Origin: Macrostomum hystrix | Lineage: Eukaryota; Animalia; Platyhelminthes | Direction: 5' to 3' | DNA length: 64,000 bases | Assembly: GCA_950097015.1 (NCBI GenBank) | Contig: CATNEN010000038.1 | Location: 806,001-870,000 of the forward strand | Part shown: positions 1-10,506 of the stretch, in pieces | How the letters are laid out: every line of letters begins with the position of its first letter | Position numbering within the stretch: the stretch's first letter is position 1 | Made by a program: the position numbers and the translations under genes | The notes under the pieces: generated by a model | Database searches by the model: none | What the model was told of the DNA's origin: nothing | The model's input: only the letters and a program-made list of their open reading frames with translations

Positions 1-261
1 AACAGAAAGCTGTTACAAAGAGGCTTGCAGCAATAGGTCGTATTCAGGCTTCATCAAAAAGTATAAAAGTGTATTTGTGCGTACCTTCTCACCGCCAGGT
101 AGAATGAGAACCGGCGCAGCGATGGCATAGCAACAATCTCTAGGACCAAATTTCTGCCGATTTTCTGAAGCGGTGAAATCGATTTCACATTTCGAACCGA
201 CTTTAAACCTCCGGTGTGTACCAGCTGGCACAGCCTTCTGCCGACTGGGGCACCATTCACC

Positions 262-392
262 GACAGGGCAACCTTCCACTGACAGGGCAACCTTCCACTG
301 ACAGGGCAACCTTCCACTGACAGGGCTACCTTCCACTGACAGGGCTACCTTTCACTGACAGGGCAACCTTGCACTGAGAGGGCTACCTTCCA
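262..392. repeat. 19-bp tandem repeat (CCACTGACAGGGCAACCTT), about 7 copies
   Basis: Unit directly visible; explains the repetitive ORFs 13..336 and 54..317. Confidence 0.9.
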
Positions 393-726
393 ACCACTCA
401 ACTGAACAAAGATTCATATGTAGGCTTCACCTTCTAGCCTTTTGTTGGTGCAAAATTTCAACGCAATGAGGTTAGTAACAGTACGAGTGATGGCATTTGA
501 TGACACAGAACATATGCATCTGTTCCAATTTGCTCATCGTTAACGATTGTGCACACTCGCTTAAATTTAAATTTCTTAGCTTCCGTAGCTTAACAACTGA
601 TATTTAGTAATTGCTCGGCAAGGAAAAGCTTGTATTAAAACAGCCTGCCGAGTGCATCTCACAGCATGTACATTGTGCGAACAAGTGTTCCGTATGACCA
701 GCTACGGCCCTATATGCAAATCCAAC

Positions 727-999
727 TGCATGTTCTACTTAGCATCTGATACTCTGATGACTCATTTGACAGACTGTGCTGCATGTTCTACTAAGCATCG
801 GATGAGTCATATGACCGACTGTGCTGCATGTTCTACTTAGCATCTGATGAGTCATTTGACAGACTGTGCTGCATGTTCTACTTAGCATCTGATGAGTCAT
901 TTGACAGACTATGCTGCATGTTCTACTTAGCATCTGATGAGTCATTTGACAGACGGCTGCATCTTCTTCTTAGCATCTGATGAGTCATTTGACAGACTG
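727..999. repeat. 45-bp tandem repeat (TTAGCATCTGATGAGTCATTTGACAGACTGTGCTGCATGTTCTAC), about 6 copies
   Basis: Unit visible; 15-aa periodicity in ORF 739..945. Confidence 0.9.
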
Positions 1000-1066
1000 C
1001 GTTCGACTGCGTGCAGTTTTAGCAAAAAGAATCGGTTTGTTTTTCCTGTTCATTCCCGCTACAATC

Positions 1067-1069
1067 AGT

Positions 1070-1109
<40 letters not shown>

Positions 1110-1148
1110 GAAGCTGCAGAAGCAGCAGCAACAGCAGCAGCAGCAGTA
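1067..1148. repeat. Imperfect (CAG)n microsatellite
   Basis: About 27 AGC/CAG triplets. Confidence 0.9.
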
Positions 1149-2308
1149 AGCACACAGAAGCCCATCTAGCTACTGGGGTTGGCCCGTAAATGTGCCTTAG
1201 ATGGTTTCCGGGAATTTCAAGCATTTGCACCAAGCCAAACCCCTCCAGCTCACGAACAGATGAAGAAACAGTCATGTGATTGTTGTAACATTTAGTTCAA
1301 TCATTTTAGATTTTGCTTACCCGGCTTGGCTGAACTTCCTGACCATCGTTGACCTGAAATGTTCTCACCTTGGCCAGCAAGGTTAATGGCCTGGTTGAGT
1401 CCGCTGAAATTGCAGTTTAGAAAGTTAGAAATTCAGTAGCAATGATTGCTTTTGTAGCTTTCTAGCATGTAATTTTGTAAAAAATGCTCGCAAATTACTT
1501 TTGAATTGTGATGTCATTTCAAATAATACATTTAAAACTGAGCACATTCAAAATAGTTATAATGATTGTGAGCACTGAGTACTTACCAATTGTGCAGTTG
1601 AAACACAGCAGGATGATAAATTTAGCAATTAATGTGATACAAAGAAGGCTATGGAATTCTCTGGTGTGACTTATTGGCATGTTTACACAAAAGTTGCAGC
1701 GATTCAACCAGATGAATAGTCAAATAGTCAAATAATCAAAAATCGTCAATCTTTAAAATTCATACAATTTGAAACCCGATATACTCGTAGTTTCAGGTTT
1801 GCCAAGGCTCATAGACTAAAACAGCGGGCACGGAAAGCCGATTTGTGCCCGCTGCCGGGGGGATTTCGTCTATGTCCAAAGCTACGGAAAGCTGTTCGTA
1901 TTGCTGCATTGAAGAGAGACGTGGATGCATCGGACTAGGCTAGTAATGAAGTCGGTGACGGTGACTTATCACATCACGGTATGAGTGAGCCGTGATGCAT
2001 ATCAAGGTACTAATTAAGACTTATTAAAGACTCTGTCTCTGACTGACCCTGCCCTTCCGTTCTCTCTCACAGACCCGCCATAAATCTCTTGTCGTTCAGT
2101 GATTTCTCAAACTTTCAATAAAGAGAGGGGGCAGTGTCTTTAATAATTCGTCCAACTTTCTTAATTATCAATCCCCGCTATATCAAAGTCTAATTTTCTA
2201 TCGTCTGGTTAAGTACGGTCCATTTCAATAAGCCATATATTTTAACAACGCAAAGGAAAGGGACCCTCTCTGCACTGCATGTGGAGAGAACTTAGATAAG
2301 AGAACTTT

Positions 2309-2612
2309 CTTAACTTATTTGCAGTCTTAACTTATTTGCAGTCTTAACTTATTTGCAGTCTTAACTTATTTGCAGTCTTAACTTATTTGCAGTCTTAACT
2401 TATTTGCAGTCTTAACTTATTTGCAGTCTTAACTTATTTGCAGTCTTAACTTATTTGCAGTCTTAACTTATTTGCAGTCTTAACTTATTTGCAGTCTTAA
2501 CTTATTTGCAGTCTTAACTTATTTGCAGTCTTAACTTATTTGCAGTCTTAACTTATTTGCAGTCTTAACTTATTTGCAGTCTTAACTTATTTGCAGTCTT
2601 AACTTATTTGCA
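2309..2612 (+). repeat. 18 x 17-bp array (CTTAACTTATTTGCAGT) forming the LINE 5' end
   Basis: 17 perfect units plus a final partial unit ending TTGCA(C), all inside the TSD boundaries. Confidence 0.95.
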
Positions 2613-2627
2613 CTTCGGTGCAGATAA

Positions 2628-5600
2628 ATGCCGCGACCTCCTCGTGGTCAAGACGGTGAGCCGCGCTTAACTGCTGCGGCGGCCAACAGCGGCAGGACAA
2701 AGCGGGGGCAGCGGAGCGCGCACCGGCGAGTTGAGCGCCGACGCGAGCGAAACCGGCGAGGCCGGCAACGTGGCGCCGCGCGCCGAGCTGCTGCCATGCG
2801 AGTCCATCTGGGTCTTCCGGGCGGCGCCGGAGACCATGAGGCTCAACACTACCGAGCCCCAGCTGTACCACAGGGCACACTTCGAGTCGGGACGCTGAAC
2901 TGCCGCACTCTCAAGGCCGCCTGGCGGAGAGGGTTGCTGGCGAAGCTAGCGCTCGACCTCAGCTGTGATGTCATCGCACTTCAGGAGGTGTCTATCAGAG
3001 CCGAGCCTGGACTTCACTGTGAGGACCTGGGCTCCGGTTGGACACTCTGGTACACCTCAGCGGATCAACGAGGCCGTGGAGGAGTTGGAGCACTGATCGG
3101 CCCGAGACTGCAGCAGAGCTATCGCTGCTCTTCCCTGTCCCCCCGGATGCTTCGGGTAGACGTCCGGCTTCGCGGCCGGAATGCTCGCCTGTTCTGCGTG
3201 TACGCGCCACCTGCCACCCGCCCAGATGAGGCTCAGGACTTCTTCGAGCAGCTCTCTGCGCGCGTGGAGGAGACTTCGCAGCGCGACACGGTGGTCGTAC
3301 TCGGAGACCTAAACGCGGTTCCGCGTAGGTCCGAGCGGTCGCTGTTTGTGACGCCCCGCGAGAACGGCAACACCCAGGCGCTGGAGGACTTCCTGGAGAG
3401 GCAGGATATGGTGTCGGCCAACACCCGCTTCCGCAAGCCACCAAGCAGGCTCGCGACTTTCGTGGGCTGCAAACGGAGGCGGCGGAACACGCGTGGCCGG
3501 TTCGCTACACGGAGGCTAGCACTGATCGACCACGTGCTTCTGCGCTCCCGTGAGCGCCGCCGCGCTGTCAACTGCCGCACTATTACGCCGCTGGCTCTGC
3601 GATCCGATCATCGGCTACTCATCTGTGACCTCGAGCTACGCGATCCGCTCTACCGTCCGCCAAAGCGGCCACCGCGGCGCTACTACCGCGCTCTCAAAGA
3701 CGCCGGAACGCACTGCCACTTCGCTAGCGCCTTCATCACTGCGCTCGGCGGCAAGCGTGGAGGTGCCGAGTACGCGGATGTGAGCGCCGCAGTACGAGCC
3801 GCCGCGGAACAAGCGGTCCCGTTGATGCAACCGGCCCAGCGTGGGCAGCCGGTCTGGCAAGACGACCCCGCGATTCAGCAAGCGAGGGAAGATCTGGAAG
3901 AGCTCCGTCTGAGCAGGCGACCTACTCGCGAGGCGGAGGAGGCTCTGGCGTCTGTCTATCTGCAGCGGCAGCAAGCCGCAGTTGATGAAGTTGTCAGGGC
4001 CGTCTCTGCCGCTGGGCCCGACGCCAGAGGGCGCGTGGCCTGGTCTGCCATTAATGCTCTGACAGGGCGGAAGCGGCGCATCCAACTGAATCTGGCAGGC
4101 GACACTGCAGATGAGCGCAGAAACGAGCTACGCGAATTCTTCGCCGCCATAGTCAACGCGCCGCCACCCCCGCTGCCCAACATCCTGACGCTGCCACCAG
4201 AGACGCCGTTGCCGTCAGAGGACAGTTTTAACGTTGCACCAGTCACCATGGCTGAAGTCTTAATGCTCGCCCAGAAGACGCCGGGCGGCAAGGCGCTGGG
4301 TCCGGACGAGGTGCCCATCGAGGCGCTGCGCATCCACTGTGTGGCCAGTGAGGTCGCCCGTGTGATGAACCGCGTGCTCTCCGGTGAGGTGGCACCCACT
4401 GAGTGGACCATGGCGCACATCATCGCCATTCCAAAGAAGCCGGGCACTACGCGGCTAGACGAGCACCGAGGCATCTGCCTGCAATCCTGTGCTGCGAAGT
4501 TGTTCAACCGGATGCTGCTATCGCGGTTGCAACCCGTGCTGGATCCCTACCTGCGACCTGAGCAGAACGGGTTTCGGCCCCACCGTGGCACAGTGACGCA
4601 GATCCTAGCTCTTCGCCGAATCATCGAGGAGGCGCGCACGCGCCAGTTGGACCTGATCGTTGTCTTCATTGACTTCATGAAGGCTTTCGACTCGGTTGCG
4701 AGGGCTGCGCTCCCACATGTGCTCCGCGCGTACCATGTGCCAGAACAGCTGATCTCCGCCATCATGGCGTTGTACTGTGCTACGAGAGCAGCTGTGATGA
4801 CGCCGGACGGCCTGTCGGACCCCTTCGAGACATCCTCCGGGGTGCTCCAGGGGGACACTCTAGCGCCGTTCCTGTTCGTCCTGGTGCTTGACTGGGTGCT
4901 ACGAACTGCTCTTCCCACCGACGAAGACGGCTTCCTAGTGCGGCGACGCGTGGGTCGACGTCAACCGGAGAAGCGGCTCAGCGTGCTTGGCTACGCCGAT
5001 GACCTCGCCCTGCTGTCCTCGACCGTAGAGGACGCCCAGCGCCAGCTGGATAAGCTGGTTAGCGCTGCAGCGAGCGTCGGCCTGTTGGTCAACACGAAGA
5101 AGACCGTTGTGCTCTGCGTGCCGGGCGACATCGAGGCCGCAATTTTCTGCCGAAGCGCTGACGGGCAGGTAACGGAGCTTCCGCGCTGTCAACAGTTCGT
5201 CTACCTCGGCGGTCTGGTACCTGACGTCCGCGAAGATCTGAGGCGTCGCCGCCGGTACGCTTGGGCTGCCTTTCGTTCTGTGAGGGCGGTCCTGCAGTCC
5301 GAGGCCCTACCTGATCGCCAGAGGGCGGCGCTGTTCCAGGCGGTGGTCGAGACCGTCCTGTTGTACAACGCCGAGACGTGGACGCTGACTGATTCGCTAG
5401 AACAGCAAGTCAACGCGGCGCACGCTGGCCTGCTGCGTGCCGCCTTTAAGATCAGCGACGAGCGGATCACTAACGCGGCACTCTATCGTCGCGCCGGCCT
5501 GGCCCGTCCGAGTGAACTGCTGCGACTTCGGCGACTCCAGCTTGCAGGCCACATCATCCGCGCCGAGTCCTACTGCCCGCAGCCGGTGCAGGAGGTGCTG

Positions 5601-5744
5601 CTGCTAACGCTGCAGGCACCCTACCGGCGCGGCCAGGCCCGAACTCGGCGTTTCGTCGACTGCCTGCTGGCCGATGCTGGCGCCCCGGACACTGCCGGCG
5701 GTGCGGCCTTTGTTCGCGCCCAGGCTCTGAAGCGTGCACTGTGA
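2628..5744 (+). CDS. LINE ORF: apurinic-like endonuclease + reverse transcriptase, 1038 aa, uninterrupted
   Basis: APE motifs GTLNCRTL, IALQEV, VYAP, LGDLNA, IDHVL, SDH. RT motifs KALGPDEVP, IPKKPG, QNGFR, FIDFMKAFDSV, GVLQGDTLAPFLF, YADD, FVYLG. Arg-rich N-terminus; no ORF1. Confidence 0.97.
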   Translation: MPRPPRGQDGEPRLTAAAANSGRTKRGQRSAHRRVERRRERNRRGRQRGAARRAAAMRVHLGLPGGAGDHEAQHYRAPAVPQGTLRVGTLNCRTLKAAWRRGLLAKLALDLSCDVIALQEVSIRAEPGLHCEDLGSGWTLWYTSADQRGRGGVGALIGPRLQQSYRCSSLSPRMLRVDVRLRGRNARLFCVYAPPATRPDEAQDFFEQLSARVEETSQRDTVVVLGDLNAVPRRSERSLFVTPRENGNTQALEDFLERQDMVSANTRFRKPPSRLATFVGCKRRRRNTRGRFATRRLALIDHVLLRSRERRRAVNCRTITPLALRSDHRLLICDLELRDPLYRPPKRPPRRYYRALKDAGTHCHFASAFITALGGKRGGAEYADVSAAVRAAAEQAVPLMQPAQRGQPVWQDDPAIQQAREDLEELRLSRRPTREAEEALASVYLQRQQAAVDEVVRAVSAAGPDARGRVAWSAINALTGRKRRIQLNLAGDTADERRNELREFFAAIVNAPPPPLPNILTLPPETPLPSEDSFNVAPVTMAEVLMLAQKTPGGKALGPDEVPIEALRIHCVASEVARVMNRVLSGEVAPTEWTMAHIIAIPKKPGTTRLDEHRGICLQSCAAKLFNRMLLSRLQPVLDPYLRPEQNGFRPHRGTVTQILALRRIIEEARTRQLDLIVVFIDFMKAFDSVARAALPHVLRAYHVPEQLISAIMALYCATRAAVMTPDGLSDPFETSSGVLQGDTLAPFLFVLVLDWVLRTALPTDEDGFLVRRRVGRRQPEKRLSVLGYADDLALLSSTVEDAQRQLDKLVSAAASVGLLVNTKKTVVLCVPGDIEAAIFCRSADGQVTELPRCQQFVYLGGLVPDVREDLRRRRRYAWAAFRSVRAVLQSEALPDRQRAALFQAVVETVLLYNAETWTLTDSLEQQVNAAHAGLLRAAFKISDERITNAALYRRAGLARPSELLRLRRLQLAGHIIRAESYCPQPVQEVLLLTLQAPYRRGQARTRRFVDCLLADAGAPDTAGGAAFVRAQALKRAL

Positions 5745-7244
5745 CGCTGCCTTTTCCACCTGACAGCGTACTTTGTTGTTGTTGTTGTTAGATAAGACAA
5801 TCTGAGCTGGGCCATGTACATTAAACAAAAGGGAGGGGCTGGCCCGCTATAGGCCTCCTTCAAGCCACAGACACTCAGGCTGAGAGAACCCCCCACTCGA
5901 TTTTTATCGATCGGGCGGCACAGCCATCCATTCCATCACCGCAAGCGAAAGCGAAAGCTTTGGCCCCAGCTTATGTACATTCAAGCCGAAATAGACAGAA
6001 ATCTCGTCCCCACAAACAAACACTGACAAATGCATGGAGGACTGTAGCCTGTGTACTCTAAGTCAAGCTTCAACTAATGAAATTTCGGTTTCTTTCAATT
6101 CATGTGATGCAAAAAGTTGATCGCAAAAACAGGATGATCTTTCATTAATTACTGCTTACTTCATATTCATACTTCATCAGATAATTAAACTTTCCAAGAC
6201 TACAATTGTCAAGTTGACAATTTGACATGTCATTCTCTTTCAAACATCCATATGCTTCTATTGACACCATTTTAAGTTCAATGCGAAAAAGTGCACTATC
6301 GTAGGGGCAGAAATGGCAAACTTTTTCTCTCATTCGTACACCTGTACAGGTACATATTTTAGTACAGATGGCCAACTACTGAATGTGTGTACAAAGAAAA
6401 TGTAGAAAATTCAATATATAAATTTTTTGCGCACATCTGTTGCGCTTCTAAAAACTGAAGCCGCATTCAAATCGCACACCAAATACGTTCTGTTCTGGCC
6501 ATGCAGTTTTGTACCTAGAAAAATGACTAAAAATTTGCGAAATCACGTTTTTCAGATTTGAGAATTACCCACATCTTCAGTAAACAACATCCAATCAGTC
6601 TGAAATCAACATTGTCGTATAGGTGACACCCAAGAAATTTGGTTGACATGTTTTTAAATGCAATTGAAGTCACATGTCTGTGTCATAGAGGCGTCTAAAA
6701 GTGCACCACTAAGAGTACTTTAAAAGTGCCGACTTTTTCAATCACAGAAGTACAAAAAAATTCTTCACCATCAATTAGTGTGTTGGGGTTACGAGTCTAC
6801 GACCCAGCAAGTCAAAGTAAAAAAACATGCACATTTTTTCAACCTCAAAAACCCGTTTTTTGACCCTTTGACCCAGAAGATGGGTCAGCAAGAAAAAATC
6901 CATATCAAATCATTGTATGCTTCTATAGCCCGCATCGACTGGATAGTCACTTGGCGACACCATAAACTGCCGAGAAAAGCGCCGAGAGACAAATTTTTGT
7001 CATGTCCAAAAATATCATGTTTTTGCCATGCCATGCCATGGCAACGCTTTTAACTTCAGTACATAGACCTAAGTCTTTTACATGTTTTACAAAAAACCGC
7101 AACCAAATCGGTTCAACTGGGCAAAAGCGGCAATCGTTAGAAGTTGAAAAACGTGCTTTCCTATCCCGACACGGTGGTTACATCTTATCAAGATGAGATA
7201 TCGCATCCGATCCGTATCACTCATCCCAAATAGAGCTGAGCACG

Positions 7245-8065
7245 GATCCTATATACACAGATCCTATATACACAGATCATATATACAAGATCCTATATAC
7301 ACAGATCCTATATACACAGATCCTATATACACAGATCCTATATACACAGATCCTATATACACAGATCCTATATACACAGATCCTATATACACAGATCCTA
7401 TATACACAGATCCTATATACACAGGTCCTATATACACAGATCCTATATACACAGATCCTATATACACAGATCCTATATACACAGATCCTATATACACAGA
7501 TCCTATATACACAGATCCTATATACACAGATCCTATATACACAGATCCTATATACACAGATCCTATATACACAGATCCTATATACACAGATCCTATATAC
7601 ACAGATCCTATATACACAGATCCTATATACACAGATCCTATATACACAGATCCTATACACAGATCCTATATACACAGATCCTATATACACAGATCCTATA
7701 TACACAGATCATATATACACAGATCCTATATACACAGATCCTATATACACAGATCCTATATACACAGGTCCTATATACACAGATCCTATATACACAGATC
7801 CTATATACACAGATCCTATATACACAGATCCTATATACACAGATCCTATATACACAGGTCCTATATACACAGATCCTATATACACAGATCCTATATACAC
7901 AGATCCTATATACACAGATCCTATATACACAGATCCTATATACACAGATCCTATATACACAGATCCTATATACACAGATCCTATATACACAGATCCTATA
8001 TACACAGATCCTATATACACAGATCCTATATACACAGATCCTATATACACAGATCCTATATACAT
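7245..8065. repeat. 15-bp satellite (GATCCTATATACACA), about 55 copies
   Basis: Nearly homogeneous array; source of the TDPIY/HRSYI pseudo-ORFs. Confidence 0.97.
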
Positions 8066-8165
8066 AGGATATAGGTGGACAACCTAAACAAAGTTTTGAA
8101 CGCACATTCTTTTTCGGGTGCCCAGCCGCATCGCAAAGGTGAAGCAGGTAGTCCCCGAATATTTA

Positions 8166-8270
8166 ATTGGCTGTACGGAACTAGATAGAGCAATTAAAAA
8201 GCTAAAGATAGGAAAGGCTGCAGGAATTTTAGATGGTATAGCAAATGAGCACATTATCCACGGACAGGAG
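8166..8270 (+). pseudogene. Decayed LINE reverse-transcriptase fragment
   Basis: Translates IGCTELDRAIKKLKIGKAAGILDGIANEHIIHG, matching the AIxxLKxGKAxGxDGIxxE motif at the start of non-LTR RTs; followed by a stop. Confidence 0.7.
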
Positions 8271-8740
8271 TAGTATCTGCGGCTACTATCTGGGACAAAC
8301 ATTTACGCAGTCGCCGTTTTCCACAATCTGTTAACTATATTATTCCCAAAGAGATCAGGGAAAAGGGTGCTCGCCCCTTCGAAAATCTGTCTCTATATTT
8401 CTTAATTCTTAATTCAAAATTACACAAGTAACTTACGTTTGATACAACTCAGCTTAATGCTACTGAGGTACATGTGGATACTATCCCCTCAGCAGTAAAA
8501 AACAATGTCCCCCATGCCAGCAGAGAACTAATGTCCCCTCAGTAGCAAATAACCAATGTCCCCCCGGCAGTAAATAACCAATGTCCAAGCAGCAGAGAAC
8601 TAATTCCCCCCTAAGGCGCACCCAAGTTATATTCCATCAGCTTACTTTTGCTTCCACTGCCACTAAATAAACTCGATCTACCAAACTAATACTAACTTAG
8701 TTGATTGTCAAAACGACACAAACACACTAATATCACTGAT

Positions 8741-8821
8741 GAGAAGACAGGCGGGATTCTTCCTTTGCAAACACTCATCCCCATTATCGCAGGTGCTCTT
8801 GGTGCTGCAGGAGATGTAGCC
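8741..8821 (+). pseudogene. Fragment of Polinton/adintovirus small hydrophobic protein (pX-like)
   Basis: EKTGGILPLQTLIPIIAGALGAAGDVA resembles the GG(F/I)LPL..IP...G..GA.G motif I recall from Polinton small ORFs. Confidence 0.6.
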
Positions 8822-9059
8822 TTCAGCTGTGAAGGCTGGCAATGACTAGCGAGAAAATCGCTAGTGAAAAAGGAGTGACAAACGGAGGAGGAACGGGTCG
8901 TTGTGAATCTGTTGGCTTTCAAGCGATCTTTGATGGGTTTGATTTCTGGAAGTTTTCGTCAACATTTATATAGCGCCTGTCAAGGTATGAAACTTGAGCA
9001 CTAGTAAGTGTGCTTCCGCAATCCAACGATTCACCTGCAAAATTATTAGACATGTTTTA

Positions 9060-9600
9060 ATAACAAAATTTAAATTACAGTTCTTTTTTCGATATTGATC
9101 ATCACAAACTGGTAAGGTTGATTCCACTTTTCGTAGCAAAGATAATCGAATTATTCCTGTGAAATCTTTCTGTTTGAGTTTTCAAATGTTTGACAATCAA
9201 ATGCTTTCTCCTCTTTTCTAGCTCATCTGGTTGGGGTCGAAATTTGGTTTTTGAATTAATCTGTGGATCTCCATAGGTGAACACTCTAATGTTCTGCCAT
9301 TTTTCATTGTATTGGATGAATTTTGCATATTCGGTAGCTACAATTTTAGGGTTATTGGGAAGGCTTTTTTGATTATTAAAACATGCAATAATTTCCTCTT
9401 TGTTCAGTTTGTTTTGAAGTCATGCAATCAGCATTTTATACTCATCTTGAGACAGTGTGGGAGAGTAGAAGCAGAGTGTCATAGTGTAGGAATCCAGGTC
9501 TCAGAAGCATATTATTCCGAAGTAAATACTCTGAATGTCTTTCCACTGACAGATTTTCCTGCAACAACAATGCATCTTAACTGACTCGAGATTGACTCGT
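9060..9600 (-). pseudogene. A32/FtsK-like DNA packaging ATPase, frameshifted
   Basis: Minus strand reads LRCIVVAGKSVSGKT (Walker A at 9536-9559), then NMLLRPGFLHYDTL, YSPTLSQDEYKML, KLNKEEI and PQPDELEKRRKHLIV (approach to Walker B) across frameshifts. Confidence 0.75.
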
Positions 9601-9699
9601 GGACCTGTACATTATTTACACATATGATAGGAAGGTGAAGCTTTACATGATCAACAATTTATCCAGTAAAATTTTAATAATTTTTCTCGGGTGTTAAAA

Positions 9700-10506
9700 A
9701 TGGAAGCAATTGCTGAAAGGCTAAATAATAAAATTTCTCACTCTGTGGGATGTTTGTTGGAAAATTAGAGCAGCCGATTCATTTGGAACCAGGTGCTAAT
9801 TACCATGTCTATCTTAACGGTTTCACTGGCTGGTCTAACGTTCCCAATGTGACGACGGCAAATAATAAGTTTTATTACAAATGGAAACGTAAAGCAGCTG
9901 AAGCTGTGATATTCCCTGTAAGCACACAGGGCGTGGAAACCTCTAATTATTTCTTGGAAATGTTTTTACAAAGAGAAATCATTTTGAGACACCTGATGCG
10001 AGCAAGCCAGAGAAGAAACTATTCCCTGTTAAATTTTCCTATGATCTCACAGTTATGAGAGTGGTCATGCAGGTTCATAAAGATGCGGAGGTAAATTTTA
10101 TAGAAGACACTTGGTATTGGGAAACGGGATTCGAGAAGAAAGTTTATAAGGCAGAAGCACAGACTGCATCTCCTTCCCCGGGGCCGTTTCGAGGACCCAG
10201 CCAAGTGCAGGCGGTCTGTTCTTAGCACCCAATATCGCAGACATTGTAAAGGGTTTGAATATTCTAATCAGAAGTAATCTTAGTCGTGATTGGGTATTTA
10301 ACGGAAAGCAAACGAATATATTGTATAACATCTCTAACTCTGTTGCTGGTGGACAGATGCTGGTAGAGAAACCAAATCCTATGAAAAGTGTTGTTTTGAG
10401 TAATAAGGAGATTCACGAGATTGTGCTACATTTTGAGACGGAAGATGGTGCTGGCGTAGATTTCAACGGTAAAGAGTTTGTTTTGACGTTGTTCATTGAG
10501 AGAATG
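9700..10506 (+). pseudogene. Polinton/adintovirus minor capsid (penton) protein, frameshifted
   Basis: Pieces QPIHLEPGANYHVYL..WSNVPNVTTANNKFYY, GFEKKVY, IADIVKGLNILIRSNL..NGKQTNILYNI..GQMLVEKP..IHEIVLHFETEDGAGVDFNGKEFVLTLFIER match the penton pattern PNI...NNKFYY / G..IDF.GE.....L.I. Confidence 0.75.

Larger units (their letters stand above)
2302..5787 (+). mobile_element. Apparently full-length non-LTR retrotransposon (RTE clade)
   Basis: Flanked by direct repeat TTAGATAAGA (2292-2301 and 5788-5797), read as the TSD. Single APE+RT ORF, 43-nt 3' UTR with ACGCTG/CAGCGT hairpin and (TTG)n tail, sharp GC increase over the flanks. Confidence 0.92.

Noticed and set aside
1822-1854. 10-bp GC hairpin CAGCGGGCAC/GTGCCCGCTG
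   Set aside because: Isolated, with no recognisable RNA family or element boundary.
2628-5744. Horizontal transfer or contamination suggested by the high GC of the LINE
   Set aside because: Host exons here are also GC-rich and the TSD shows real integration; origin cannot be judged without a phylogeny.
7193-8105. Long periodic ORFs here and at 22485-23187, 43429-44984 and 55424-56077
   Set aside because: Translations of tandem repeats, open in several frames and strands, with no coding context.
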